Shown: piece by piece, positions 28,797 to 38,060 of the stretch
Position numbering within the stretch: position 1 is the stretch's first letter
How the letters are laid out: every line of letters begins with the position of its first letter
Assembly: GCA_036012755.1 (NCBI GenBank)
Contig: DASCPX010000059.1
Span: forward strand, 32,001 to 96,000
Direction of reading: 5' to 3'
Length of the DNA stretch: 64,000 bases
DNA from: Myxococcota bacterium
GTDB taxonomy: Bacteria; Myxococcota_A; UBA796; CAJQPC01
The notes under the pieces: generated by a model
What the model saw: only the letters and a program-made list of their open reading frames with translations
Told to the model about the DNA's origin: nothing
The model's database searches: none
Position numbers and translations under genes: made by a program

Positions 28797-30797
28797 TTGC
28801 TCTACATCCTTGCCACCAGCGCCATCGCCGAAGACGAGACCACCATCGTGGTCGAGGACGAGGCCGTGCGTCAGACGCAGGTGCTCGAGACCTCGGCCAG
28901 CGTGACCGTGCTCGAGGTCGACCAGACGGTCGCGGCCAGCACGGACGTCGCTGGCCTCGTCGAGAGCGCCACGGGGACGACGGTGGTGCGGCTGGGCGGC
29001 CTCGGGGACTGGTCCGGAGTGAGCATCCGCGGCTCCACGGCTCGGCAGGTACAGGTCCACCTCGACGGCATCCCACTGAATCCCGACGGGGCCTCGACGG
29101 TGAACCTCTCGGAGCTGCCACTGCAGGCCTTCGAGCAGGTGGAGGTCTGGCGAGGGAACGCGCCCCCGCAGTTCGGGGCGGCGCCGATCGGCGGGGTCGT
29201 GAACCTCGTGACCGGGACTCCGGATGATGGCGAGCTGCACGGCGCCGCCGGCTCCTTCGGCACATGGAAGCTCGGCGGCCTGGTCGCCGCACCGCTCGGA
29301 GACGAGGTCGACGGCCTGTTCATGGCGGACACCTTCAGGACGCGCGGTGACTTCGACTACTTCGCGGACAACGCCACCCTCTACAACACCTGGGACGACA
29401 GCTGGAAGGTCCGCGAGAACAACACGACGGACCAGGCCAGCCTGCATGGCCGGCTGTCCTTCGACACACCGCTGGGCGAGGTCGACATCGTCGAGGCCTG
29501 GCTCGCCCGGGACGAGGGCGTGCCCGGTCACGTCAACGCCGAGGCTGCGGCCACCTCGCTCGAGACCAGGCGCAGCCTGACGGCCCTTGGGCTGGAACAC
29601 CGAGGAAACGGCTGGCAGATCGACACCCGGGCCTGGGGCAGCCACCGTCGCGAGCTTTGGGCCGATCTCGACGGCGAGGTCGGCACCGGCGGCCAGCTGG
29701 GGCTGACCCGACTCAGCAGCCTGGGTGTGTTGGCCAGCGGTCGCTACGGCCTCCGTCTCTGGCTGGTCCCGGGCGTCACGGTCAGCGGGCGTGTCGACCA
29801 CCACCGCAGCGAGGACCGCCTCGCTGACCTGGAGAGCGAGGCCAGCCGCCGCCTGCACCTCGACGGGGCGCTCCACGCCGATGTCCTGCTCTGGGGCGAG
29901 CGCCTGACCATCTCGCCGGTGCTCGCGGGTCTGTGGCTCGACAACCGCGCCCTCGGCACCGTGCCCTTCGAGGACACCCCCGTGGCTCCGGCGGGGGAGG
30001 ACACCCTGCTCACGGCCACACCGCGCATCGGAGTGTTGCTGCGGCCTCTCCCCAGCCTCGCCTTGAAGGCCAACGCCGGGCGCTACGTCCGGCCCCCCGA
30101 CTTCACCGAGCTCTTCGGTGACCGCGGCACCATCATCGGCAACACCGAGCTGGTGCCGGAGACAGGTCTGCACTGGGATGTCGGGGGCCGCGTCGAGCAC
30201 GACGGGGAGCAGCTCGGCGTCGCCTTGGACCTCGGCCACTACTGGCTCTGGTCGAAGGACCGCATCGTCCTGCTCCAGAACAGCCAGCGCACCAGCGTGC
30301 CGAGGAACCTCGGCGAGGCCTGGATCCAGGGGGTCGAGGCGGCGCTGTCCCTGGAGATCGTCGGCGTCGTCGACTCCCGCTCGGCCGTGACGCGGAACGT
30401 CAGCGTCAACATGGTCCGGACCAGGGCCTACGCGGGCAACCAGCTGCCGCGTGTTCCGACCTGGGAGATCTCCCAGTCCACCTCGCTGCACTGGGAGGAG
30501 CGCGTCCGGGCTGGCCACACCTGGTCCTACACGGCGGGCAACTACTGGGACGCCACGAACTGGCACCTGGCGCCGCCGCGAAACCTGCACAGCGTCTTCC
30601 TGCGCGTCCAGCCCACACCGGCCTGGCCCTCTGCGGAGCTCAGCGTGCTCAACCTCTTCGACAGAACGGTCGAGGTCGTCCCACGCAACGTCCTCGACGA
30701 GACCGACACCTCGCGCATCGTTTCACCAATCACCAACTTCGTCGGATACCCGCTGCCCGGTCGCACGCTGCTCTTCAGCCTGCGCTGGGCTCTCTGA
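28797..30797 (+). CDS. btuB: TonB-dependent receptor, probably for cobalamin
   Basis: Plug motifs SIRGS...LDGIPLN, VEVWRG...GGVVNL; C-terminal YPLPGR; riboswitch upstream. Confidence 0.85.
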   Translation: MLYILATSAIAEDETTIVVEDEAVRQTQVLETSASVTVLEVDQTVAASTDVAGLVESATGTTVVRLGGLGDWSGVSIRGSTARQVQVHLDGIPLNPDGASTVNLSELPLQAFEQVEVWRGNAPPQFGAAPIGGVVNLVTGTPDDGELHGAAGSFGTWKLGGLVAAPLGDEVDGLFMADTFRTRGDFDYFADNATLYNTWDDSWKVRENNTTDQASLHGRLSFDTPLGEVDIVEAWLARDEGVPGHVNAEAAATSLETRRSLTALGLEHRGNGWQIDTRAWGSHRRELWADLDGEVGTGGQLGLTRLSSLGVLASGRYGLRLWLVPGVTVSGRVDHHRSEDRLADLESEASRRLHLDGALHADVLLWGERLTISPVLAGLWLDNRALGTVPFEDTPVAPAGEDTLLTATPRIGVLLRPLPSLALKANAGRYVRPPDFTELFGDRGTIIGNTELVPETGLHWDVGGRVEHDGEQLGVALDLGHYWLWSKDRIVLLQNSQRTSVPRNLGEAWIQGVEAALSLEIVGVVDSRSAVTRNVSVNMVRTRAYAGNQLPRVPTWEISQSTSLHWEERVRAGHTWSYTAGNYWDATNWHLAPPRNLHSVFLRVQPTPAWPSAELSVLNLFDRTVEVVPRNVLDETDTSRIVSPITNFVGYPLPGRTLLFSLRWAL

Positions 30798-30807
30798 GGA
30801 GACCACC

Positions 30808-31911
30808 ATGACCATCCTGACCCTCGCGTTGTCACTCGGCTGTCCGCCGAGCCCCACCCCCGACTCCAGCCTGGAGGCCGACACCGACGCCGACACGGAC
30901 GCCGACACCGACACCGACACCGACGCCGACACGGACTCGGACACCGACACCGACCCACAAGGCCAGACCACGGCCTACTTGACGACTTCTGACTTCTCTG
31001 TCGGAGCTCTGGCGGTAGTGAACCTCGAAGACGGCACCTTCGACGAGCCGACGGACATCGCCGCTGACGCCTCGGTGCACGTCGAGGACGGCCACGTCTA
31101 CGTGATCGGGCGCCTGGGCTTCGACTACGTGCGGCGGTACCTTCCCGGCAGCTGGGACGCTCCGGTCTCCGAGTTCTCTGTCGGCACCAACCCCAACGAC
31201 CTCGAGATCTGCGACAGCAAGACCTTCGTGAGCCACTACGGCGAGACCTGGATCGGCATCTACGACGACGACGGCACCCTCACCGGGACCGTCGATCTCT
31301 CGACCTATGGCGACTCCGACACGATCGGGCCAGAGGCCTCGAACCTCGCGGAGGTCGCCGGCACGCTCTACGTGGTCCTCCAGCGCCTCAATCGTGACGG
31401 CGGCTGGGTCACGGAGGGCTCCAAGGTCGTCGAGATAGACTGCGCCAGCGAGTCGATCACCGGGGACTGGGACGTCGGCGGAAACGCGCAGCTCTGGCAG
31501 GCTCCCACGGGCGAGCTCTACGTCACCCACGAGGCCTGGGACACCACTCCGGCGGGGCTCTCCAAGCTCGATCCGGGTGGAGACGGCTTCACGACCGTCG
31601 TCGAATTCACCGACGGCAACCCCGTGGGCATCGCCGTCAGCCAGGACGGCACCACCGGCCTGATGAACATCACGAACTCGAGCTACCAGTACGGCGTGCA
31701 GTGTGTCGACCTGGGCGACGGCAGCACCACCGAAGCCGAGTGGCTCGACTACGGCTACATGGTGGGCATCGGCGGAAACGACAGGGACGAGGCCTTCATG
31801 GGCGGTCACTACGGCGCCGCCAACGGAGTCGTGGTCTACGACATCGCGAGCTGCGCCCAGACCTCGGTCATCGGCACCACCTTGCCTGGCACCTCGGTCG
31901 TCTTCGACTGA
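30808..31911 (+). CDS. YncE/BtuG-like beta-propeller lipoprotein with (DX)n linker
   Basis: LSLGC lipobox; DT/DA repeat; NPNDLE, LYVVLQRL propeller motifs. Confidence 0.75.
   Translation: MTILTLALSLGCPPSPTPDSSLEADTDADTDADTDTDTDADTDSDTDTDPQGQTTAYLTTSDFSVGALAVVNLEDGTFDEPTDIAADASVHVEDGHVYVIGRLGFDYVRRYLPGSWDAPVSEFSVGTNPNDLEICDSKTFVSHYGETWIGIYDDDGTLTGTVDLSTYGDSDTIGPEASNLAEVAGTLYVVLQRLNRDGGWVTEGSKVVEIDCASESITGDWDVGGNAQLWQAPTGELYVTHEAWDTTPAGLSKLDPGGDGFTTVVEFTDGNPVGIAVSQDGTTGLMNITNSSYQYGVQCVDLGDGSTTEAEWLDYGYMVGIGGNDRDEAFMGGHYGAANGVVVYDIASCAQTSVIGTTLPGTSVVFD
30877..30954 (+). repeat. Coding low-complexity (D-T/A/S)n repeat
   Basis: Tandem GACACC/GACGCC hexamers encoding ADTDADTDADTDTD... Confidence 0.9.
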
Positions 31912-32237
31912 TGTTGTTGTTCCTCGCCGCTTGCGCCGTCGAGGCTCCCAAGGCCTGCGACCCCATGTGCTCCTCTGCCGCCGAGCTCTACGGCGGCTGC
32001 TTGGAGGACTGGGGCGTGGGCTGGGAGGCCGCCGGCTACGACGACGAGGACGACTTCCTCGGCTCATGCTCGACCTGGGCCTGGGAGATGCAGGTGCTCG
32101 AGGACGACGCCGTCGAGCGAGGCGAGGCCACCGGCGGAGAGGTTGCCGCGATCTGCGCCGAGCGTCGCGCGTTGTTCGAGTCGGAAGACGCGACCTGCCA
32201 GACCTACACGGACCTGGAGTGGGGGGCCCCGTGGTGA
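31911..32237 (+). CDS. Small Cys/Trp-rich acidic lipoprotein
   Basis: MLLFLAAC; six further Cys; TGATG overlaps at both ends. Confidence 0.75.
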   Translation: MLLFLAACAVEAPKACDPMCSSAAELYGGCLEDWGVGWEAAGYDDEDDFLGSCSTWAWEMQVLEDDAVERGEATGGEVAAICAERRALFESEDATCQTYTDLEWGAPW

Positions 32238-33724
32238 TGCTCGTCTTGCTGGGCTGCGGGACCCCTGAGGTCGAGGGGGACTTCGTCTTCCTCCGCGACG
32301 CCATCTTCGTCGACGGCGAGGTCGTCCCCACCAGCTGGAGCCCAGGCCAGCAGCTCGAGCACGAGGGCCGCGTGGCGACGGCACCCCACCGCGCCGAGTG
32401 CATCACGCTGTTCGGCGTGGGGCTCGGCGACGTCTCGCGGGAGGTGGCGATGGGGCTCCCCGCACCCGACACCGCCCTGGCGTTTTCACCAGACGGCTCC
32501 TTGCTCGCCGTGGGCTCCTACCGGGGCGAGGTGCTCGTGCTGGACGGCTGGACCGGCGAGGTCGTCGCGGACAAGCAGCTCTCCGAGACCATGGTGAAGT
32601 TCGTCGCCTGGAGCGCCGACGGCCAGACCCTCTACGCCGCGGAGCAGTCCCCCGACGCCTTCGTGCACGCCTTCGATCCCAGGACCCTGGAGGTGCGCTG
32701 GAGCTTCCGCGTCGCCGACGAGGTCGAGAGCTCTCCGCTCCCACCCGCAGAGGAGAAGTACGGGGTCTACGATCTCCCGGCGGCCTTTGGCATGGCGGCG
32801 CTGCATGACGGCGGCCTCGTGATGACCGCGATGCACGGCTGGAACACCCCCGAGGGGCGTCGCAACGCCTCCAGGGTGCTGCGTCTCGACGCTGACGGGA
32901 AGCTCGTCGACGCCTGGCCGGAAGCGGGGGTCGCCGACGCCACCTTCAAGCACCCCCGGGTGGACCTCGAGGGGGACCGCATCGTCTTCGCCGTCCATCG
33001 CACGGCGAGCGGAGAAGCCCCGACGGACCTGCCCATCGGCGGAATCCAGGTGCTGTCGCTCTCTGGGCTGGAGCCCGTGGTCTCGGTCATCGCCCCGGCG
33101 CTGGAGCCCTGGTACGACACGCCCTTCGTCTGGGAGGCCCTGGATGTCGACGGCGACGCGGTCTTCATGGGTTTTGGTGACGGGCGCGTCCTGCTCTTCG
33201 GCCAGGACGGCACCGAGCGGCTCGCGCTGACCCCGGGCACGCCGATCCTCTCTGGCGAGGTCCCCATCGCGGCGAGCGTCGGCTACGGCCAGTTCGCCGG
33301 GGACTTGCTGATCTTCCAGACGAGCACGACCCTGATCCCCTGGGGCGCCGCCTCGCCGGAGCTGCGGCCTCCGAGCACCCACCCCCGCGAGAACGCGCTG
33401 TGGGTCCACGACCTCGACGGCGAGCTATCCTGGACCTGGACCGGCGAGCAGGAGCTGGCGGGCCTCACGGTCCTTGGCGACACCCTCGTCGCGGGCGCCG
33501 GCCCCCGGAGCTCGGACAGCCGGGCGGATCTCTACGGGGCGCTGATCTTCGAGCTCTCCGGCGAGGGCTCGGGAGACGAGCGCCTCCGCGCCTTCTGCCC
33601 CACAGAGGGCCCCGCCTTCTTCCGGCAGACCCTCACAGAGGACGGACGCGTCGCGGTGACCGAGTTCCCCTACGCCGATGAAGGCGGCCAACACGGCACC
33701 TATCGGGTGACCGTGCTCCGCTGA
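32237..33724 (+). CDS. WD40/PQQ-like beta-propeller lipoprotein
   Basis: MLVLLGC; LAFSPDGSLLAVGS, VAWSADGQTLYA repeats. Confidence 0.8.
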   Translation: MLVLLGCGTPEVEGDFVFLRDAIFVDGEVVPTSWSPGQQLEHEGRVATAPHRAECITLFGVGLGDVSREVAMGLPAPDTALAFSPDGSLLAVGSYRGEVLVLDGWTGEVVADKQLSETMVKFVAWSADGQTLYAAEQSPDAFVHAFDPRTLEVRWSFRVADEVESSPLPPAEEKYGVYDLPAAFGMAALHDGGLVMTAMHGWNTPEGRRNASRVLRLDADGKLVDAWPEAGVADATFKHPRVDLEGDRIVFAVHRTASGEAPTDLPIGGIQVLSLSGLEPVVSVIAPALEPWYDTPFVWEALDVDGDAVFMGFGDGRVLLFGQDGTERLALTPGTPILSGEVPIAASVGYGQFAGDLLIFQTSTTLIPWGAASPELRPPSTHPRENALWVHDLDGELSWTWTGEQELAGLTVLGDTLVAGAGPRSSDSRADLYGALIFELSGEGSGDERLRAFCPTEGPAFFRQTLTEDGRVAVTEFPYADEGGQHGTYRVTVLR

Positions 33725-35452
33725 GTGCTGGCCCTCCTGCTGGCCTGTGCCGCCGAGCGTATCGAGCCCGAGGTGCGGGTCGACCTTGGCGGCGTCGAGG
33801 TGGTCGGGAGGGACATCGAGCGCGTCGAGGTGGTCGATCCCCAGGGCGTGCCCCTCGCCGCCCAGCGGGCCCCAGCGGCGCTGGAGCAGATGCGGGTCAG
33901 CGTCCCGTGGCAGGAGGGCGGGACCCACGAGGTGATCGTCCGAGACGAGGCCGGGACGCACTCGATCGAAGTCGAACTCCCTCACGAGCGGCCCGTCTAC
34001 ACCATCGAGGTCCAGGCCCCGCTCGGCCAGGCCCAGGTCGAGGTCGGCGACGGCGAGGTCATCAGCGTGCCGCTGATCGGCGGGCGCCCGGCAGAGGTCG
34101 GCGTCTTCGCCCGAGCCTGGGAAGAGGTCGTCATCGAGACCCGCTTCGGTGGCGAGGACCCCGAGACCCACGACCTGCGACCGGGGGAGCGAGCGGTGTT
34201 GGTGCGAGCCCTGACCGAGGAGGTCGAGGTCGTCGTGGGAGAGGTCGGCTTCGTCCTGGAGCCGACGCACAGCTCGGTGGAAGACGCCGCCGCGCTGCTC
34301 CACGTCGAAGAGGTCGTCTTCCCAGCAGAACCCAGCGGTCACGCGGATCCGGCGAGGGTCCGCGACCGGGTGGCGCTGCCCTCTCACTGGTGGCGCTCGG
34401 TGCTGAGGTCTACGGGCCTGGGTTTCCGGCCTCGGGACGAGTTCGCCGTCTACGCCTGGCAGGCGGTCCACCTGCGAAACGACGGCGAGGACGCCATCAA
34501 CGTCGTGCTCGAGGCCCGCGTCGTGGACGAAGAGGGCGACTACGCACCGGCCTTCAGGCCTCGCATGAGGGCGGGGGACGATGGCAGCGGGCGAGTCCGG
34601 GCGCTGATGCGGGTGCCCCCGGGCTCCAGCGCCGTCGGCACACTCCCGCTCTACGTCGACGAGGATCTGCTGGGCATGGACGAGGTGCGCTCCAAGAGCT
34701 GGACCGCCGAGATCGCCGTCATCCCCCTGGGCGCGAGCGAGGCCGTCACGGTCCACCGGCGACCGATCCACGCCTCTCGAGGCTCCTCGACCGCCTCGCT
34801 GGGCCTGCTCGCCGCGCTGGTGGCCGCCGTGCTCGGCACCGGCCTGCTGGTCACCCGCGGACGCCGATGGCTCCAGGACTTCCAGACCTCCGAGCTCATG
34901 ACCATCGCGCTCTTCGGGGCGCTCTCGTTCCTGGTGGGCGCCGCTGGACGCTTGCTCAGCACCGGAGTGGCCACGCTGCTGGGGCCTTTTTCGCCCTTCC
35001 TCACCGGCCTCGTCGACGACGCCTTCCGCTACACGCTCATCGCCACGCTCCTGGTGTTGCTGCCGCGGGTCGGGGTGGCCTCTCTGGCCGTGATCGTGAG
35101 CTGGATGCTGTCGGGGCTGATGCTCGGCACCTTCCAGGTGACGGACCTGTTGTTCGTCGGCGGTCGGGTCTTCTGGCTCGAGGGCTTCCTGTGGCTGGCT
35201 GGCATCACCCGCCAGAGCGGCTGGCTGGACGAGGTCCCTTGGAGGCGATGGCTGCGCCTGAGCTTCGGGCTCGGGCTGGCCTCTGCCTTCACCAGCGCCA
35301 CCGGCGTGGTGCTGATGGTGACGCTGTATCGGCTCTTCCTGGCGGACTGGTTCGTCATCGCGCTGGTCTCCGGCCCCGGCTTCCTCTACGTGGTCCTCGC
35401 CTGCCTGATCGCCGTGCCCTTCGCGGACTCCCTGCGGAGGATCCAGCGGTGA
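33725..35452 (+). CDS. ECF S-component-like protein fused to a large N-terminal lipoprotein ectodomain
   Basis: MLALLLAC; about 350 aa beta-rich region; then a TM and an S-like domain beginning ELMTIALFGAL; adjacent to ecfA/ecfT. Confidence 0.7.
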   Translation: MLALLLACAAERIEPEVRVDLGGVEVVGRDIERVEVVDPQGVPLAAQRAPAALEQMRVSVPWQEGGTHEVIVRDEAGTHSIEVELPHERPVYTIEVQAPLGQAQVEVGDGEVISVPLIGGRPAEVGVFARAWEEVVIETRFGGEDPETHDLRPGERAVLVRALTEEVEVVVGEVGFVLEPTHSSVEDAAALLHVEEVVFPAEPSGHADPARVRDRVALPSHWWRSVLRSTGLGFRPRDEFAVYAWQAVHLRNDGEDAINVVLEARVVDEEGDYAPAFRPRMRAGDDGSGRVRALMRVPPGSSAVGTLPLYVDEDLLGMDEVRSKSWTAEIAVIPLGASEAVTVHRRPIHASRGSSTASLGLLAALVAAVLGTGLLVTRGRRWLQDFQTSELMTIALFGALSFLVGAAGRLLSTGVATLLGPFSPFLTGLVDDAFRYTLIATLLVLLPRVGVASLAVIVSWMLSGLMLGTFQVTDLLFVGGRVFWLEGFLWLAGITRQSGWLDEVPWRRWLRLSFGLGLASAFTSATGVVLMVTLYRLFLADWFVIALVSGPGFLYVVLACLIAVPFADSLRRIQR

Positions 35453-36714
35453 TCGAGCTCGCCGGCGCCGGCTACCGCTACCCATCGGGTCCCCTGGGCA
35501 TCGAGGACGTCGATCTGCAGGTCGCCGCCGGGGAGATCGTGCTGTTGACCGGGCCGACGGGCTGCGGCAAGAGCACCCTGTTGCGCCTGGCCGCCGGGCT
35601 CCTTCAGCGCCACGGGCAGGGCGAGGTCCAGGGCGAGGTCCTCGTCGATGGCCGCGACCCCGCGGGGCTGTCGCCCTCCGAGCGCGTGCGGCTGCTGGGC
35701 TTCGTCGCCCAGGAGCCCGGGGATCAGCTCGTCGCGGGCACCGTCGGGGACGAGCTCGCCTTCGCGATGGAGTCGGCCGGCTTCGGAGCCGAGGCCATGG
35801 GCCAGCAGCTGCCGGAGCTGTTGCGGACCATCGGCCTGCACATCGGGCTGGAGCGCTCCACCGCGGCGCTCTCCGGTGGCCAGACCCAGCGGCTGGTCGT
35901 GGGCGCCACCCTGGCCGCTGGCGCCAGGGCGCTGTTGCTCGACGAGCCCATCGCACAGCTGGACCCGGAGGGCGCCCAGGCGCTGCTCGGACGCCTGCGG
36001 GCGCTGGCCGACTCGGGACTCGCGGTGCTCTTGGTCGAGCACCGCATCGACACTGTGCTGCCCTTCGTGGACCGGGTGGCGACCATGGCAGCCGGTCGGG
36101 TGGTGTCAGCAGAGGAGGCGGCGATCTACCAGGCGCCGCCTCGGTCCTCGGCTCGCCTGCCCGTGACCGAGCCAGGGGAGCTCTTGTTCTCTGCGAGGGA
36201 CCTGTGCCACGACTACGACGGCATCGAGGCCCTGCGTGGCGTGGACTTCGAGCTGCGCGCCAACGAGCGCGTCGCCCTGGTGGGGCCCAACGGGGCCGGC
36301 AAGAGCACGCTGTTGTCGAAGCTCCCGGGGCTGATGGTGCCCCAGGATCCCGACCTGGCGCTGTTCTGCGGCACCGTCCGCAGGGAGCTGGCCTATGGGC
36401 CGCGGGAGAGGGGGAGTGAGCTCGGCGTCGTCGAGGACACCGCCGAGAAGCTGGGCCTCTCGGAGCTGCTGGATCGGGCGCCCCAGGCGCTCTCGCGCGG
36501 ACAGCGGCTTCGCTGCGCGGTGGCCGCAGCGCTCACCTGCGAGCCCAGGGTGCTGCTGCTCGACGAGCCGACCAGCGGACAGGACCAGGTCCAGGTCGAG
36601 CACATGATGTCCGCCCTCGGAGACGTGACGCTGGTCTTCGCGACCCACGACCTCGATCTGGCCAGGCGGCACGCGACCCGGACGGTGCGGCTGGTCGACG
36701 GGCGGGTGGCCTGA
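35449..36714 (+). CDS. ECF tandem (fused A-A') ATPase
   Basis: GPTGCGKS/LSGGQ/LLLDEP and GPNGAGKS/LSRGQ/LLLDEPT; ECF-type Q-loops. Confidence 0.9.
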   Translation: MIELAGAGYRYPSGPLGIEDVDLQVAAGEIVLLTGPTGCGKSTLLRLAAGLLQRHGQGEVQGEVLVDGRDPAGLSPSERVRLLGFVAQEPGDQLVAGTVGDELAFAMESAGFGAEAMGQQLPELLRTIGLHIGLERSTAALSGGQTQRLVVGATLAAGARALLLDEPIAQLDPEGAQALLGRLRALADSGLAVLLVEHRIDTVLPFVDRVATMAAGRVVSAEEAAIYQAPPRSSARLPVTEPGELLFSARDLCHDYDGIEALRGVDFELRANERVALVGPNGAGKSTLLSKLPGLMVPQDPDLALFCGTVRRELAYGPRERGSELGVVEDTAEKLGLSELLDRAPQALSRGQRLRCAVAAALTCEPRVLLLDEPTSGQDQVQVEHMMSALGDVTLVFATHDLDLARRHATRTVRLVDGRVA

Positions 36715-37514
36715 TGGACCCGCGGACCCGCATCGTGCTGATCCTCTGCGCTGGAGTGGCGGCGATCTCGCTGGAGAGCCCCCAGGCCCTGAGCGCGCTG
36801 ACGCTTGTGTGCGCGCTGTCGCTGGTGGCGCTGAGGGTGTCCTGGTCCTGGTGGCGCCGGGGTCTCCTCCTCGTCGTAGCCCTGCTGTGGGGGACGGCGC
36901 TGTCCCAGGGCCTCTTCTACTCGGAGCAGCCAAGGGTGGCGCTTGTCCACCTGGGCCCCCTGGTGCTCTGGCGAGAGGGGGTGACCTGGGGCCTGGCCCA
37001 GTCACTCCGCTTCATCGCCGTGGCGCTGGCTGGCATCGCGCTGGCGGTCTCTACCCCCCCGGATCGACTCTTCGCCGCCCTCCAGCGCATGCGCGTGCCC
37101 TTCGGGCTGGCCCTGATGGCCTCTACGGCGCTGCGGCTGTTGCCGCGAATCGCCAGCGAGGTCCTCACCGTTCGCAAGGCACGAGCGGCCAGGGGACGCC
37201 CGGTCTGGAAGCGCTCGCCGTGGGCGTGGCTGGTCCTCGAGGTCTCCTTGATGCGGCCGGTGGTTGCCCGCTCCTGGAGGCGAGCCCAAGTGCTGGCAGA
37301 GGCCCTCGACTCCCGGGGATTCGACCCCGTCGCCCCCCGCGCGGTGCGCAAACCCCTCCGCTTCGGTGTCTTGGACTACATGCTGCTGCTGTCGGGTCCT
37401 GGCATCGCGCTGGCGGTCGCGGGCTCGCGCGTCGCCTACCTTCTGTATACGAGCGAGACCCTGTACATCCAAGCGCTGCGGCCGCTATACGGCTTTGTCC
37501 GCGCATACCTGTGA
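36714..37514 (+). CDS. ECF T component (CbiQ/EcfT)
   Basis: MDPRT start; ALRLLP; ARG and SRG coupling motifs. Confidence 0.9.
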   Translation: MDPRTRIVLILCAGVAAISLESPQALSALTLVCALSLVALRVSWSWWRRGLLLVVALLWGTALSQGLFYSEQPRVALVHLGPLVLWREGVTWGLAQSLRFIAVALAGIALAVSTPPDRLFAALQRMRVPFGLALMASTALRLLPRIASEVLTVRKARAARGRPVWKRSPWAWLVLEVSLMRPVVARSWRRAQVLAEALDSRGFDPVAPRAVRKPLRFGVLDYMLLLSGPGIALAVAGSRVAYLLYTSETLYIQALRPLYGFVRAYL

Positions 37515-37523
37515 GGTTCTAGA

Positions 37524-37985
37524 GTGCTGCTTCTCATCGCCCTGGCCCAAGGCGCCGACAAGGCCGAGTACGACAGGGAATACGGGACCCGTACCCTGAA
37601 CCCGAGCGAACTCGCGGCGGTGAACCGCTGCCTCGTCGCCTGAGGGGACCACCCCTTCGCCGAGTTGGCCTCCGAGGAGGTCCGCGTCATCGAGACCAAC
37701 GTCCGCGTGATGGGCTTCGGCGGCACGGAGCCCCGCGACGAGCTCCAGACCGATCTCACGACCAGCTCGTGCTGATCGGGCCGGCGATCTCCGCGGTCAC
37801 GCGGACGACCTACGAGCTCCAGAACCCAAACGGCTGGTACTGCTTCCACACGACGACCACGGTGCTCGGGCAGAACCGCATCAACCTCGCCTGCGGTGCG
37901 CAGCTCGCGAACTCGCGTGACGGGGTGGCGGTCTCGGGGGTCTCGGCGAGGGCGAGGCTGGCCAACAACAGGGTCACGGACCCAC
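37524..37985 (+). pseudogene. Disrupted secreted hypothetical protein (TGA at 37641, frameshift near 37755, unclear 3' end)
   Basis: MLLLIALAQG...CLVA*GDHPF, continuing in another frame as LVLIGPAIS...NPNGWYC. Confidence 0.6.
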
Positions 37986-38060
37986 CATACGTTCGGGAGG
38001 GCCGGCTTCATGCAGTCCCGCGATCATGCTGTCTGCGTGACGCTCGGATAGTGCGAAGAG

